A stretch of 64,000 nucleotides of DNA from Podarcis vaucheri (taxonomy: Eukaryota), in NCBI GenBank assembly GCA_965113315.1, contig OZ220368.1; one strand, 5' to 3'. Positions within the stretch are counted from its first letter, which is position 1. Each line of letters opens with the position of its first letter. Shown here piece after piece: positions 13,054-25,213 of this stretch. The notes beneath the pieces are model-generated. The model was not told the origin of the DNA. It made no database searches and saw only the letters and a program-made list of their open reading frames with translations. The translations under genes and the position numbers were made by a program.

Positions 13054-14459
13054 ACCCAATGGCCCAATCCTTGCTTCAGTTCTTGGTTAATAGAGCAGCA
13101 CTCACACACAGAAAGTCAAATATTAAGTGTCCTCAAATGGAAAGTTCATAGATTAGACTTGAAGATAGTCAAGGTGAGAAACATTTGAACATGGAAGTCT
13201 GAAAGTGCCTGCCTCATCAGCCGTAACCTCAACCAATCTCACTGCTTTGGAGGTATGTAAGTGGTGGATGGAGACATTTCCAAGGAGCTGATGGCATTAA
13301 CCTCTGTCTGATCATTGGTTAAAGGGTCCTAATGCGGCTAAGGTCAATGTCTGAATAATGTTCTGATCACATTAATGCACCTCCATAGAGACATCTTTAA
13401 GACGCAAGTCGACTTGCCCGGGGAAAAAACGGCTTTCCTATTCTGCTTGGACCTGTAGTTTTCTGGGACACTCCAGTCTCTCCTGTTTTTAAAATCATTT
13501 TTCCTACCGGTAGTACTTGCATTTCTCCTGAATGATATCAGCTATCATTACCTTACGTTGTTTTTATAAGAGTGTTTGGGATGAATGCTTTCAAAAATGT
13601 GTGCCTGTGAATAACTTTTGTATGCCTGCCTTGAAGCATGAGTGCTGGTAAAGGAATGTGCTGTATAGGTCAGAGATAATATGGGGCCCTTGGATTTGCT
13701 TTGACAAATAGCCCCACATTCAGTGCTGGCTGCAGTATCAAAAAGTTAACTTAAAAAGTTTTCTGCATTACACTATCAAAGAGTTTGACTCATGTTACCC
13801 TCCCTGCCTGGATTGTCCCCAGAGTGAGAAGGTTTGTTATTTCCCTACTCTGTTATCTTTTCGGTGTTGACTTTTGAATGCTGATAATAAGAGAGCTCTA
13901 TTTGGCTATTGTCAATCAGGCACATATTTTCTGGTTAAGATTGGCTGGATGAAGCTGCCTTTTGTGAGATGTACGAACCTGGTATCAGGAACATATATTT
14001 TCAGTCTTAACTTCATGCTGCCTAAAATGCCCATATAAATGCATCAAAGATTTAAAGAAAATATGTTTTGCATCAATCCAATCTCCTCTCTTACAAATTG
14101 GCTGCTATGAATTGGCAGAGATACTTTGTCAAGACAGCTTATTTATGGATTTCAGTAATCTAGGGAGAGATCATTGTTCTTCTTAATTTAACCAATTGAG
14201 AAAAAAGATGTCCTGCCAGCTCAAGAGTAGGTATTGTTTGGCATGAATTACAAACAGCACTGCATCTTCCCTGGAGGAAATTTGGCTGGAGTGCACAGTC
14301 CCAGAGTAATAACAACAGGGGGAAATTTATCACGTACAACATCATATGCAGCCATTTTTTAAAGTTTACATCAGGATATCTCAGTGTAGACATGAGTGAA
14401 AAGCTCACACCTGCAACTAACATATCCATGATTTCATCTTCCCATTTGGCCCAACATAT

Positions 14460-14806
14460 GGGACGCAGGTGGTGCTGTGGGTTAAACCACAGAGCCTAGG
14501 ACTTGCCGATCAGAAGGTCGGCAGTTTGAATCCCTGTGACGGGGTGAGCTCCCATTGCTCGGTCACTGCTCCTGCCAACCTAGCAGTTCGAAAGCACGTC
14601 AAGTGCAAGTAGATAAATAGGTACCACTCCGGCGGGAAGGTAAACGATGTTTCCATGCACTGCTCTGGTTCGCCAGAAGTGGCTTAGTCATGCTGACCAC
14701 ATGACCCGGAAGCTGTACGCCGGCTCCCTCAGCCAATCAAGCGAGATGAGCGCCACAACCCCAGAGTCGGTCACGACTAGACCTAATGGACCTTTACCTT
14801 TACCTT
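14460..14806 (+). mobile_element. Sauria SINE, full length
   Basis: GGGACGCAGGTGGTGCTGTGG head through the Bov-B-like stem-loop AGTCG-GTCA-CGACT to a CCTTTACCTTTACCTT tail. Confidence 0.97.
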
Positions 14807-14838
14807 ATGGTACATGAACATAACAGACAGCCATAAGA

Positions 14839-14972
14839 CAGGGGGAGAGAACCTGTGGCCCTCTAGAGGTTGTTTGGACTCAAATTACCATCTGCACCAT
14901 CCAACACAACTAACAATCCAGGATGATAGGAGTTGTATTTCAGCAACTGGAGGGCTGCAAGTTTCCTCCTGT
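14839..14972. mobile_element. Short palindromic hAT-like MITE
   Basis: AACCTGTGGCCCTCTAG...CTGGAGGGCTGCAAGTT; same family as 4821-4940. Confidence 0.7.
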
Positions 14973-15818
14973 GACAGAGGAACTGATCTACTGCATTCAA
15001 CCAATGCTCATATCTCCTAGCACCCTGTCTCTAGGAAATGGCTGGCCAGATACCCCAGGAAGCTTATAAGTGAGGCATGAAAGTGAAGGCATTTTTTTTG
15101 TTTGTTCTTAACACCTGCTCTTCAGAGGTATACAGTCTCTCAACATAGAGGTTCGATTTCACTATCATGGCTAATAAAGAGCAGAGCAATTCTAATCCCA
15201 GCCAGGCAGTCACAGGGCATAGCCACCAGTGCATCCACAGCCCCACCATGTTGGCCTGTCTGGAAAGCAGGGGGCACCCCTCAGGCTGATTTGTGGGGGT
15301 GCCAGGGGAAGAGGGGGAAACCTCATTGTGCTAGTGGGGCTTGTTGCTCTGGCTCCCACTAGTGCAATTGTTTAGTTGAATCTGGACCAATTGTCTCATT
15401 GATTTGAATGGGAGAGCTGAGAACAAGTGCTTAACTTTGGTCAGTCATGTCCTTTGTGTTTAAACTGTGATAAAAACTGAACAAGCAGCAAAGTAATGAC
15501 TAAATTTGGGGGAATGAAGAAAATCAGCTTCTAACCTTCCTGTCTGTTCATCTTGATGACATTTCTCTAGAATATACAGCAAATCAATGAAGTAAGTGCA
15601 GAGCGATAGAGACAGATAACATTTAATTATATCAACATAAACAAATAAGCATAGCAGTATGAGGGAAGATTATAAACCAGACATCCTTCTGACTTTTAAA
15701 ACAACTATTCTACATTTTTTATTTACAGCCATTCACATTTTCTCCATACAGTTGCTTTTTGGCTGGGCTGGAGAAAAAAACATTGCTATGAATATTTATA
15801 ACAAATCCCTTCTACCAG

Positions 15819-15974
15819 NNNNNNNNNNNNNNNNNNNNNNNNNNNNNNNNNNNNNNNNNNNNNNNNNNNNNNNNNNNNNNNNNNNNNNNNNNNNNNNNNN
15901 NNNNNNNNNNNNNNNNNNNNNNNNNNNNNNNNNNNNNNNNNNNNNNNNNNNNNNNNNNNNNNNNNNNNNNNNNN
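15819..15974. other. Assembly gap (156 N)
   Basis: Run of N. Confidence 1.
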
Positions 15975-16526
15975 AGTGAACATCTGGCCTGTATATGAAA
16001 AGACTCATTCAGGCCTTAGGCGGTTTGTCGAAACATTAGCCGCTGTCCATGGTGCTGATATAGTTTGGCTAGCTTCAGGGCTTTGCTAAAGGACACTGGT
16101 ATCATTATGGTATTATCATGCTTTTGGAAATAAGCTAAATCTGCAATGTGAATCTTCAAACTGCTACCATATCCCCATCTATAGAGTAACTTTTTCCTAA
16201 AGTAGAATGTGCATATTTTTACCTCTAGATTTTCTGAAGCCTGGACAAATGTTTTAACCACTTTGCATATATCACACTCATAATTTGAATTTTCTGTTTG
16301 TAAATGCCTACAACAAACATCAGGATAAAGTAAACATTATTTTCAAACTTTAGCCTGCTGACACATCTGCAAATAACTGGTGTGGAACAGACTGACGCAA
16401 AAGTGTTGGAAACAGGCCTTTTAACAATTAGTTGCTTGGGTGCTTTCTTTAGAAGAAAAGCAGTATCTAAAAGTTGTAAGGGGAGTGACAAAGGCAGGCC
16501 TTTGATAAAGATGGTACAGTCCTATA

Positions 16527-16661
16527 CATAGAATTGTAAGGGGCCATGAGAGTCATCTAGTCCAACTCCCTGCAATGCAAGAATTTTTTGCCCTATGTAA
16601 GGCTTGAACCCATGACTCTGAGATTAAGAATCTCATGCTTTACCAGTTGAGCTACCCCAGC
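16527..16661 (-). mobile_element. tRNA-Lys(CTT)-derived SINE with CR1 tail
   Basis: Minus strand TAGCTCAACTGGTAAAGCATGAGATTCTTAATCTCAGAGTCATGGGTTCAAGCC resembles vertebrate tRNA-Lys-CTT, followed by TTGCAGGGAGTTGGACTAGATGA..ACAATTCTATG; interrupts a palindromic repeat (16513-16729). Confidence 0.85.
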
Positions 16662-17160
16662 TATCTAGAAGTAAGAACCACTGAGTTGAATGGGTTTTCC
16701 TCCAAGGTAAGTGTACAGCATTGCATTGTGGGTAAAAAGATAAAGTTATTTTCAAATAGCCAAAAGTAACTCATCCTGTACAGTATATGGTTTATTTTAT
16801 GCAATTGCAAATTAACTTTCCCTATGGATTATTTGTTATGTCAAACAATTGCTGCTTACACTAATCTTTTGTGCTAAAAATATAAATAACCAATTAAGAA
16901 ATAAATAAATTGCCAATACTAGCTAAATTTGGTGATTGTTAAAATTCTGTAATTATTAAAATTAAGCTAATGCTTATGTACTTCTGTTATATAGTTAATT
17001 CTGCTACACAGGACACTAAAGTCTATCCCTTGACTATACTTTCCACTTTGACAACATTAAGCTTTCGTCTCGCCTTTCTGCAATTTCACCACCACAACTT
17101 GTTACTCACCAAGCTGAATGAACCTCACAAGCCATTTATATTGTGCCTGCCAGGTGCTTA

Positions 17161-17162
17161 AC

Positions 17163-17201
<39 letters not shown>
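17161..17201. repeat. (CA)n microsatellite
   Basis: Direct reading. Confidence 0.97.
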
Positions 17202-17203
<2 letters not shown>

Positions 17204-18475
17204 AATTTTTGCAATCTAGGCAGGCAACAAAAACAAGGGTTTATGAAGCCTCTGGTGGGCCACCAGTCATGGCTGATGGAGAGAAAATCTGGACCAGATA
17301 GTTTAGCTATTTATTTATTTTTGGCATTCACATGGGCTAGAGACTTGCTGTTTAAAAATTAATTTGTGACTAGACTAGAAGTAGCATATGTCCCTGAACA
17401 GAATGTTTCTAGACATTTAATATACATTTTAAAAATCAGTTTAAAAAGAAGCCCAATCAAACAAATAGCAAGAAGAGAGAGACAAATGGTATCAAAAATA
17501 TATTGAGAAGAGAAAGGAATGGCATCTGAAGTAAAGCTGAGCCATCACCCCTAATCTGACATTTTAATGTTTGCTTGGGGACAACTTTAGGTCAAGAATG
17601 AGAGCGGAAACTTAAAGGCAAAACCAGGGACATTTGAAAAATATGTTGTCAGCTAAGACTGAAGCATAACAATATGACAACTGGTAGCTCGCTGCCTCAG
17701 GATGGAGTTCTGGGAAGATGTAGCTATTTAAAAAATGAAGTATTAATACATGAAAATGCAGTGTGGGCACAATTTATTGTAAAAACAGTTACACAAGCAC
17801 AGGCACAGCCTGGCCAGATAATTAACAAAAACAGCTTTTAGAAGAAGCCAGCATTAGTCCATTAGGATATGGTTGTGCTTGGAAAAAACTAGTATGTCAG
17901 CATGTCAAAGAATATCAGGGAAAAGCTATGTACTCGTGTCTTTTTATTAAACAGGAGAACAAAGAGATGGATCGTATTCTCTCAGCCAGCTGGAGGTTCA
18001 GGAAATGCAAATATTTTGTGGATACTATGGAAGTGCTCTGTCAAAGCAGTAAGGGAATAGGCAGTGCAGTACCAAGCATTTGCCCTACTTTCGGTGACAC
18101 TAACAATGGTCTTTGCTGTGACTTGGTTTGCACATAAGGGCTAGGAAACTTTGGTTTATTGGGAATGAGCAAGCACTGATCAGAATGACCCCACCTTCTC
18201 CCTTTGCCACACTGGGAGGACACAGGCTTGTTCTTCTGGGGATTATTATTATTATTTTAGTAAACAAGTGTTCACATGTAACACTAAGCCAGTGTTCTGG
18301 TTTGTCTCCCCCTGGTGTGGCAAATCGATGAGAAGGCAGGCACAATTTGAGCAAAACTTGTGCACTTGCTTGTTTCTGGTAAGTCATCCTTTATTTAACT
18401 CTGGTTTACCATTATGTGCAAAGCAGCCCCAAGGCAGGTAAAGCAGAATCTTACACTTGGCATTTGGGGTGAAAG

Positions 18476-18770
18476 AGGCTGCAATCCCTACACATTTATA
18501 TGGAACTAGGTTCCATTGAATTACTGTGGCACCTCAATTTACAAATTTAATCCGTTCCGGAAGTCCGTTCTTAAACCGAAGCTGTTCTTAAACTGAGGCG
18601 CACTTCCCCTAATGAGGCCTCCCACCGCCGGTCCCCTTCCACCATTCGGACACTACTTCCAGTTTTGTGGAGTTTGTAAACCGAATAATTTGTAAACAGG
18701 GTTGTTCTTAAACTGAGGTACCACTGTATATGAGACTTACACCTGAGTAGCCATGTATAGGGTTGTGCAG
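18476..18770. mobile_element. ~90-bp palindromic repeat (GGCTGCAATCC..ATAGGATTGC family) split by a TcMar MITE
   Basis: Halves 18476-18523 and 18727-18770 rejoin into the family also seen at about 8570, 16513, 19620, 29890, 33570 and 60860. Confidence 0.7.
18524..18726. mobile_element. Tigger/pogo-like (TcMar) MITE
   Basis: TIR CTGTGGCACCTC / GAGGTACCACTG, TA on both sides; similar to 19098-19339. Confidence 0.88.
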
Positions 18771-18990
18771 TTTATTTCTTTACCACATTGCTATCCTGCC
18801 TCCCCCCCCCCCGAGAAGCTCAAGATGGCGTACATCCTTGTCATTTACTCCCCCCAACTCTGTGAGGTAACTTGGGCTGAGAGGCAGTGAGTGACTGGTC
18901 CAAGGTCACCCAGCGAGCTTCATGGTCAAGTGGAGATTCAAGTCCTGCTCTTCTAGGTCCTAGTCTGATGCTCTGCTATATCACACTGAC
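18771..18990 (-). mobile_element. MIR-like CORE-SINE
   Basis: CTGTGAGGTA..GGGCTGAGAG..GTGACTGGTCCAAGGTCACCCAG core; reverse complement of 21090-21306. Confidence 0.85.
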
Positions 18991-19097
18991 TTTGTTTGCT
19001 GTGTCTCTTGTCAAAAAGGTCTTTCACTTCAGAAAGAAAGCATGACTCAAATACCTGCATATGGGCTGATGCCTCTTCCTGTTTGGCTCATTTAGTA

Positions 19098-19339
19098 CAG
19101 TGGTACCTCAGGTTAAGTACTTAATTCGTTCCGGAGGTCCATACTTAATCTGAAACTGTTCTTAACCTGAAGCACCACTTTAGCTAATGGGGCCTCCTGC
19201 TGCTGCCGTGCCGCCAGAGCATGATTTCTGTTCTCATCCTGAAGCAAAATTCTTAACCTGAAGCACTATTTCTGGGTTAGCGGAGTCTGTAAACTGAAGC
19301 GTATGTAACCTGAAGCTTATGTAACCCGAGGTACCACTG
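19098..19339. mobile_element. Tigger/pogo-like (TcMar) MITE, 242 bp
   Basis: Perfect 12-bp TIR CAGTGGTACCTC / GAGGTACCACTG; TA TSD; repeated TAACCTGAAG subterminal motifs. Confidence 0.95.
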
Positions 19340-20982
19340 TATTGCACTGCAAAGTGGCCCTTTTGTAAAATGTATGTTATATGAGAGAGGAAGCATTTTT
19401 GCAACAACTCTATTGCCTGTTGTCACTATGACATATGCTGACAAGGTGGGGAAGACCCATATGACTGCCCTACTCATTTCACTAAAATGTTTCCATACAC
19501 ACTACAGTGGTGTGGTTTTGCATCACAATGAAACAGCTCCCACGCTATTGGGTGTACACGTGAAGGGGACTTTGTACGTATGCAATTTTGTTCTGGATTA
19601 GGAACAGTACATACACATGCTAGAGCTGTAGTCCTATGCACAATTAGGAGGAAATGCTGGTCAATTCAGTGGGACTTAATACACACAGGATCAGGCTATG
19701 TGGCTGCAAAATTAAGCACCATTATGTGGAAGTCCACTGGATATATTTTTAGCCTTTGCCAGCCAGAGAAGCAAGTAAAATCAAATGAGAAAATTCATAT
19801 TTTAAAAGAATCCCAAACTGCTACGCCTTTAACAATTACATCATCTTCAATTTGTTTATATGAGCATGAAAGGGAAAGGAGTGGAATTGCTTTCCTATGG
19901 GAAAGCAAATGGCACCTCCTGCTGTGGTATCAAATTCAACATTGGCAGCCTCCTGCGCCTCTCTGGTTCCGTGCTTGGAGGCTGGCGTCTGATTTCCTGG
20001 CGCCAGCAGGACCGCAAAGGTGTCTGACAGATGTGGACAGAAAGATGAGGATTGCTTACTTAACCTTGCTATGCATCTTTTCCATAGGGGTCCTCCACCT
20101 GCCCCATGAGAATAGGGGAGACTCCAGAAGCTGCTTAAGGCTTCAATATTTTACATATATCCAATTAATCTTCCTTATATGTAGCTAATTAGCAGGGGAG
20201 TAAACATCATTCATTGACGGGCTTTTTTTTTTTTACATCGATCAATTTGTGGGAAAACAATGAGGTCACAGAACGGAGGGGTAAAATCCACATTCTTGCA
20301 AAAACAACAGGCAAATCATCATTTTTATAAACAGCAAGTGGAAATATAGATTACTGAGTACTTGCTGGACCATTTAGTCCTACTTTGCTAGATTATATTT
20401 TTTTAAGATACCATACCACAGCTTTTAGCCCAATGTCTGATATTGATTTGTGCTCATTAAAGACCTAATTCTGCAAAGAGAGACATTCGAACTGAGTGAA
20501 GGGCAGGTCTGAACCTGTGACTAAACTTACTCAGGAGAGCATTTGCAAATCTGAGCTCTTAATTGACATGTCACAAAAATGCCTTTTAAAAATGTTTACT
20601 CCCTGGCACCTGTGTGATGGCAGCAGATCCTGTAAGAGCATCATTAGCTACTTAACGTACCAGCTAATGACTGGAACAGTTTAAAGGAAGCAGCTGCATT
20701 CTAGGATCTAGGTACATGGAGGGTTAATGACACCAAATGGTTTAAACAGCCTGCAGGAACACTTGCAAAAACTTTAGTGGTGACCAAGATTTTAAGAAGC
20801 ATTCTGTCACAGTTTTGAAGCAGATATTCATATACTGTAAAGAAAGGCAAAATAGGCACACATAAATACACACAAACACGCACACAGACAGAGAGAGTCA
20901 TAAACATATTTAAGCGGAAAGGTGTCCAATTGGTTTGGTGAATCATGCCTAAGTTAAAACAAACCAAAAACGTGCCCTGTAA

Positions 20983-21335
20983 CAGAGATGGGAAACCTTG
21001 GGTCCTTCAGATTTTACTACATCCCAACTCCCACCAGACCCAGCCACCACCCTCAACATCAGGAATGATAGTAATTCTTGTCTTATCAACCTAGTGTTAG
21101 AGTGCCCCAGTAGGATGTAGGAGACCAGGGTTCAAACCTTCACTTGGGCATGAAGCCCTCTGGGTGACCTTGGGTTAATCACCGTCTCTCAGCCTAACCT
21201 ACCTCAGTGCCTCAGGGTTGTGGTGGGGATGAAATGGAGAAGGGAAGAGGGCCATATATGCCAACTTGAGCTCCTTGGATGAATGATAAATAAATAAATG
21301 AATAATTCTGGAGGAACACAAGTTCCTTTACCTGC
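20983..21335. mobile_element. Short hAT-like MITE split by a MIR-like SINE
   Basis: Left part CAGAGATGGGAAACCTT..TTATCAAC (20983-21089) resumes as TCTGGAGGAACACAAGTTCC..CCTG (21307-21335). Confidence 0.65.
21090..21306 (+). mobile_element. MIR-like CORE-SINE
   Basis: GGAGACCAGGGTTCAAACC B box, GGGTGACCTTGGG..CTCTCAGCCTAACCTACCTC core, (TAAA)n tail. Confidence 0.88.
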
Positions 21336-21639
21336 TGGATGGGAGGAGGGTCATAGCTCAGTGGCAGAGAACACACTTAAGGCAGCATTCTATATTCCTA
21401 ATTAGGCATGATTTTCTTAACCCAACCCCCCCCCATAAAAGTGGAGGTAGTTTTTGGAAGCACACTCAACCACTGCTGCTGTTTGGGGTTTTGTTTTTTT
21501 TTAGGCATCATTCATGTGATTCTACATGAGCAGCATACCCTTCATACTTGGTAGAGCACACAGGTATTTTGTACTTGGGTATACATAGCTGAGTAAGAAA
21601 AAGTAAAGTGATGGTTGTTCCAATACACATAGGATCTAA

Positions 21640-22029
21640 GCCTCTCCCACAAGAGGCAGTGATGGCCAGCATTGTGGATGGGTTAAAAAAGAGAGGGGAT
21701 TGGACAAATTAATGAAGGATAAGGCTGTCATTGGCTGCTAGCCATGATAGTTATGTTCTGCCTCCACCGTGGGAAGCAATATTCCTCTGAATACTAGATG
21801 TCAGGAACTGCAGGTAAGCAGAGTTTGATGTTCTCATGTCCTGCTTGCAGGCTTCCTACAGGCACCAGTTTGGCCACTGTAAGAACAGGATGCTGGACTC
21901 GGTGGGTCATTGGCCTTGCTTTTCTTCTTCCTGTGGGTACCCAAGGGTACGCAGTGCCGGCACCTTTGTTTCCTACAAGAAAAGCACTGCTCATTGGCCT
22001 GATCCAGCAGGGCTCTCCTAATGTTCTTA
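21640..22029 (+). mobile_element. CR1 family B 3' fragment
   Basis: CTCCCACAAGAGGCAGTGATGGCCA..GATTGGACAAATT..GGCCTGATCCAGCAGGGCTCT..ATGTTCTTA. Confidence 0.85.
21914..21989. mobile_element. 76-bp minimal hAT MITE nested in the CR1 tail
   Basis: TIR TGCTTTTCTT / AAGAAAAGCA(CTG); 8-bp TSD GTCATTGG / CTCATTGG duplicates host CR1 sequence. Confidence 0.8.
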
Positions 22030-24364
22030 AGCAACCACTGCACCTTTAGTAGTATATACAAATACACGTTACCTTGGATTTTCCTACCGACTGAACAAAG
22101 AACATCAGACCATTGCTTAAGTGGTGAGCAGTGCAAGTGACACACAGTTTCAGCTTCCAGTTTAAAGAGCTGCCACCTTTTTTCAGAAGGGTTCCTGTAC
22201 CTTAAAACACTGCAAGACAGCTAAATCTTTTCCTAGATCTGAGATTCCATGAGGGAGAAAGCCTCACCAATTAAGCAGTTAAGATAGGAGAGCACTGCAG
22301 GAAAAGCTCATCATCTTTATTTTTGCTTCTCCCACATTGCAAGGGTTAGAATCCTCCTCGTTCTCCATCTAAAAGCACAATTTCACATGCAACTGTGTGG
22401 CAGGTAAGACATCAACAGATGAGGTGTGTAGCATATGTTGAATTTCTACCCACAATGCAGTTCTTAAAGGCATCACTGCAACCTTATATAAAACACACAT
22501 GATTTGCCCATTTTTACTGTTGTTCACTGAGCTGCAAAGCAGGGAAGGAGTTAAAGGCACAAGTATTTTCTTATTCTGTCTCCCCTGGCAATATAATTAG
22601 CATCCAATGTTGTAAAACCCTTAGTCTAAATATAAAACTTCACTTAAAAAAAGGAAGGCAGGAAAAGAACAAAACCCCTACACCAGCTACTAATACTTGA
22701 GGGATATAACACTATAGATTTTTTAGATGCATATAGAAACATTCCAGTGCTACAGCTCCACTCATCTTCCCTCCGGATGTAAGCACAATGGGATTGTTGG
22801 AAGTAAAGGGGGAGGGATGCCATTTGGTAAAGACCTGTGCAGGAAACGGAACACAGTATGTGGAAAACATACTTAAGAAAGAAATTAGGATCATGTGGCA
22901 AGTCTAGCATTTACCACAAAGCACCAAGCTGATTTTTCATAAAATAAAGAAGTCCCTGAATTGAGAAATATGTGTGTCTTTTAGATTGGATTGTGCAGTG
23001 AAGAGTATCAAGAACTAAGCAATAATAAATCATTGGGCTGTATGTCAGAGTAAATGGTACAAGATAAACCCCTGTTGGAATTGTCAAGAAGGTGACCTTA
23101 GGAGTTGCAACAGAGGTCCTAAAAAAAAGATAGAAAACAAAAGATCAATGTTTTCTTTTTAAATGCTGAAGGAAATCTATGTAGGCTTTGTCTTCACTCA
23201 GTTTAGTTTATTTTCTGTTTTAATTTTCTGTTTATTAAATGAATTATGGCCCTATCTAGGGAACACTGCATGACAAAATTATTGAAGATGCTGGTGGTGT
23301 AAAGCTATTTGTAGCAAATGAATTCCTGCTGTGTGCTATTCAGAACATTATATTGAACCGGCTAGAGAGGAGCATTTGAATATAGCTCTGAAGACTTCAG
23401 CACTGCCTCAGTTAGCTTGTTTTTTATATTTTCTCCCCACTCCACGCTATTGATTCAGAATGCATCATAAACTGGTGCAGAGACAGAATGACTTTATGGA
23501 TGTTGGGTTCAGATTTGGAAACAGGTCAAGGAAAAAGCAACAGGCATAAAATCTGCTGATTCTTTGAACATATCAGCTCATCCCAGAAAGAGCTAGCAGA
23601 GATGAAGATCTCTCAGCACTAACACTTCCTTGAAATTTGCAGCATAAAGAGAGATACAGTGTATGTACTATGGATTGTGTTTCTTCTGAACAGGGACTAA
23701 TATATTCATTTATTCAATGCAGGTTGTCTATCCTATTCCTGAAGCCTTGGTGTAGGTAAAGATTTCAAATCAAATAAACACTAAAGTCCACTAGTCATCA
23801 CTGCCCTGCTCCCCCCAAATCCTTAGGTAAGTGATTTCTGGAAAGTCAGGCATTTTAGAACTCCTAAAGAGAACAAGTTCCAAAATGGGGTGAGGTCAGA
23901 AAAAGAACAACTTTGATGTGGCATTCGCTTTCTCCCCACATACCCACTTGGTATATAGAGGGCAACACCAGAAGGCTGCTCTTGGCTAACTCTATAGATG
24001 GGATACAGGAAAGGAGGTCTTGTTTTATATCTTCTTGTATAATATCTAGAATGCTGCTGCAACATCAGGGACAACCCCAGCTAAGACAAGAGTGTACACC
24101 TTTGTGTACACCGCCAACATTCTGTCAAACTCTAGGGTGACCAAGAAGCATAGAGAGCTACACTGAAATAGAATAAGGAGCCCCAGCCCATAGTTTCCTA
24201 GTTGCTGATTGAGCTCTCCAGGCTGTAAGGGCAGTATCCTCTGAGAACTAAGAAATTGGTGTGTGTGACATCAGGAGTGAGACTGTTCAGTACAGCCTTG
24301 TTCCTCAATCCCACATAGCTTCAATGTATGAGCAGTTCTTCTGGTGGTAGTTATTGTTTCTCCA

Positions 24365-24522
24365 TACAGTCCAGTATGGTCTGAAGGTCTTCTGATGATC
24401 AGGCAGAAGGTTTTCCTCATCACCTAATACCTGATCCTTTTAACTGGGGATGCTGGGGTCTGAGATAAGGCTTTCTACATGCAAAACATGAGTATTACCA
24501 CCAAACAGGAGTTCTTCTCCCT
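24365..24522 (-). mobile_element. Degenerate Squam3-like SINE
   Basis: CAGGCAGAAGGTTTTCCTCATCACCT..CCTTTTAACTGGGGATGCTGGGG..TTCTACATGCAAAACATG resembles the reverse complement of Squam3 (recalled consensus). Confidence 0.6.
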
Positions 24523-24854
24523 CCAAGAAGGAGAACCCAGGTTGGGTTCCTGAGTAGAATAAGAGGCAGGGCTAGTAGCAGGCTAGATTCTCAATCATGA
24601 GGGACATTGGAAGCAGGTAGCAGATTTAGCTTTCATAGCATTAGGTGCCCTGAGTGCATCTGTTAAGTATATCACTGTACTTGGTGACACTGTTGTCAGG
24701 AGAGCAAAACCTGCCCTCCACCTTCAGCACTGGTGGTCTGGTTAACTGCTTGTACACATAGCACGCAGACTTTTCACTTCATACCACATATTTATGCCGC
24801 TCTTCAAGAAAACCTTTCAAATCAGCTCATCATTTTATATATACTCACACAATA

Positions 24855-25213
24855 AAGGTAAAGGTACCCCTGCCCGAACGGGCCAGTCTTGACAGACTCT
24901 GGGGTTTGTGCGCCCATCTCACATCTATTGGCCGGGGGCCAGCGCTGTCCGGAGACACTTCCGGGTCACGTGGCCAGCGTGACAACGCTGCTCTGGCGAG
25001 CCAGAGCCGCACACGGAACGCCGTTTACCTTCCCGCTGGTAAGCGGTACCTATTTATCTACTTGCCCCCGGGGGTGCTTTCGAACTGCTAGGTTGGCAGG
25101 CGCTGGGACCGAGCAGCGGGAGCGCACCCCGCCGCGGGGATTCGAACCGCCGACCTTTCGATCGGCAAGCCCTAGGCGCTGAGGCTTTAGCCCACAGCGC
25201 CACCCGCGTCCCC
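24855..25213 (-). mobile_element. Young, CpG-rich, divergent-subfamily Sauria SINE, full length
   Basis: Perfect 14-bp TSD ATACTCACACAATA (24841-24854, 25214-25227); intact GGTTCGAATCC B box; CpGs retained; many diagnostic differences from the other copies. Confidence 0.97.

Noticed and set aside
12960-13188. PolyQ / polyA ORFs
   Set aside because: Created by the CAG microsatellite; flanking residues are not protein-like and follow a G-run rather than a clear acceptor
15659-16008. ORFs spanning the N run
   Set aside because: Artefacts of the assembly gap
17940-18055. Acceptor followed by DGSYSLSQLEV, reminiscent of an Ig C1 strand
   Set aside because: Too short, frame closes quickly, conserved Cys/Trp pattern absent
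19580-20188. Longest ORF (202 aa)
   Set aside because: No recognisable domain, begins in a palindromic repeat, composition typical of translated non-coding DNA, no convincing exon boundaries
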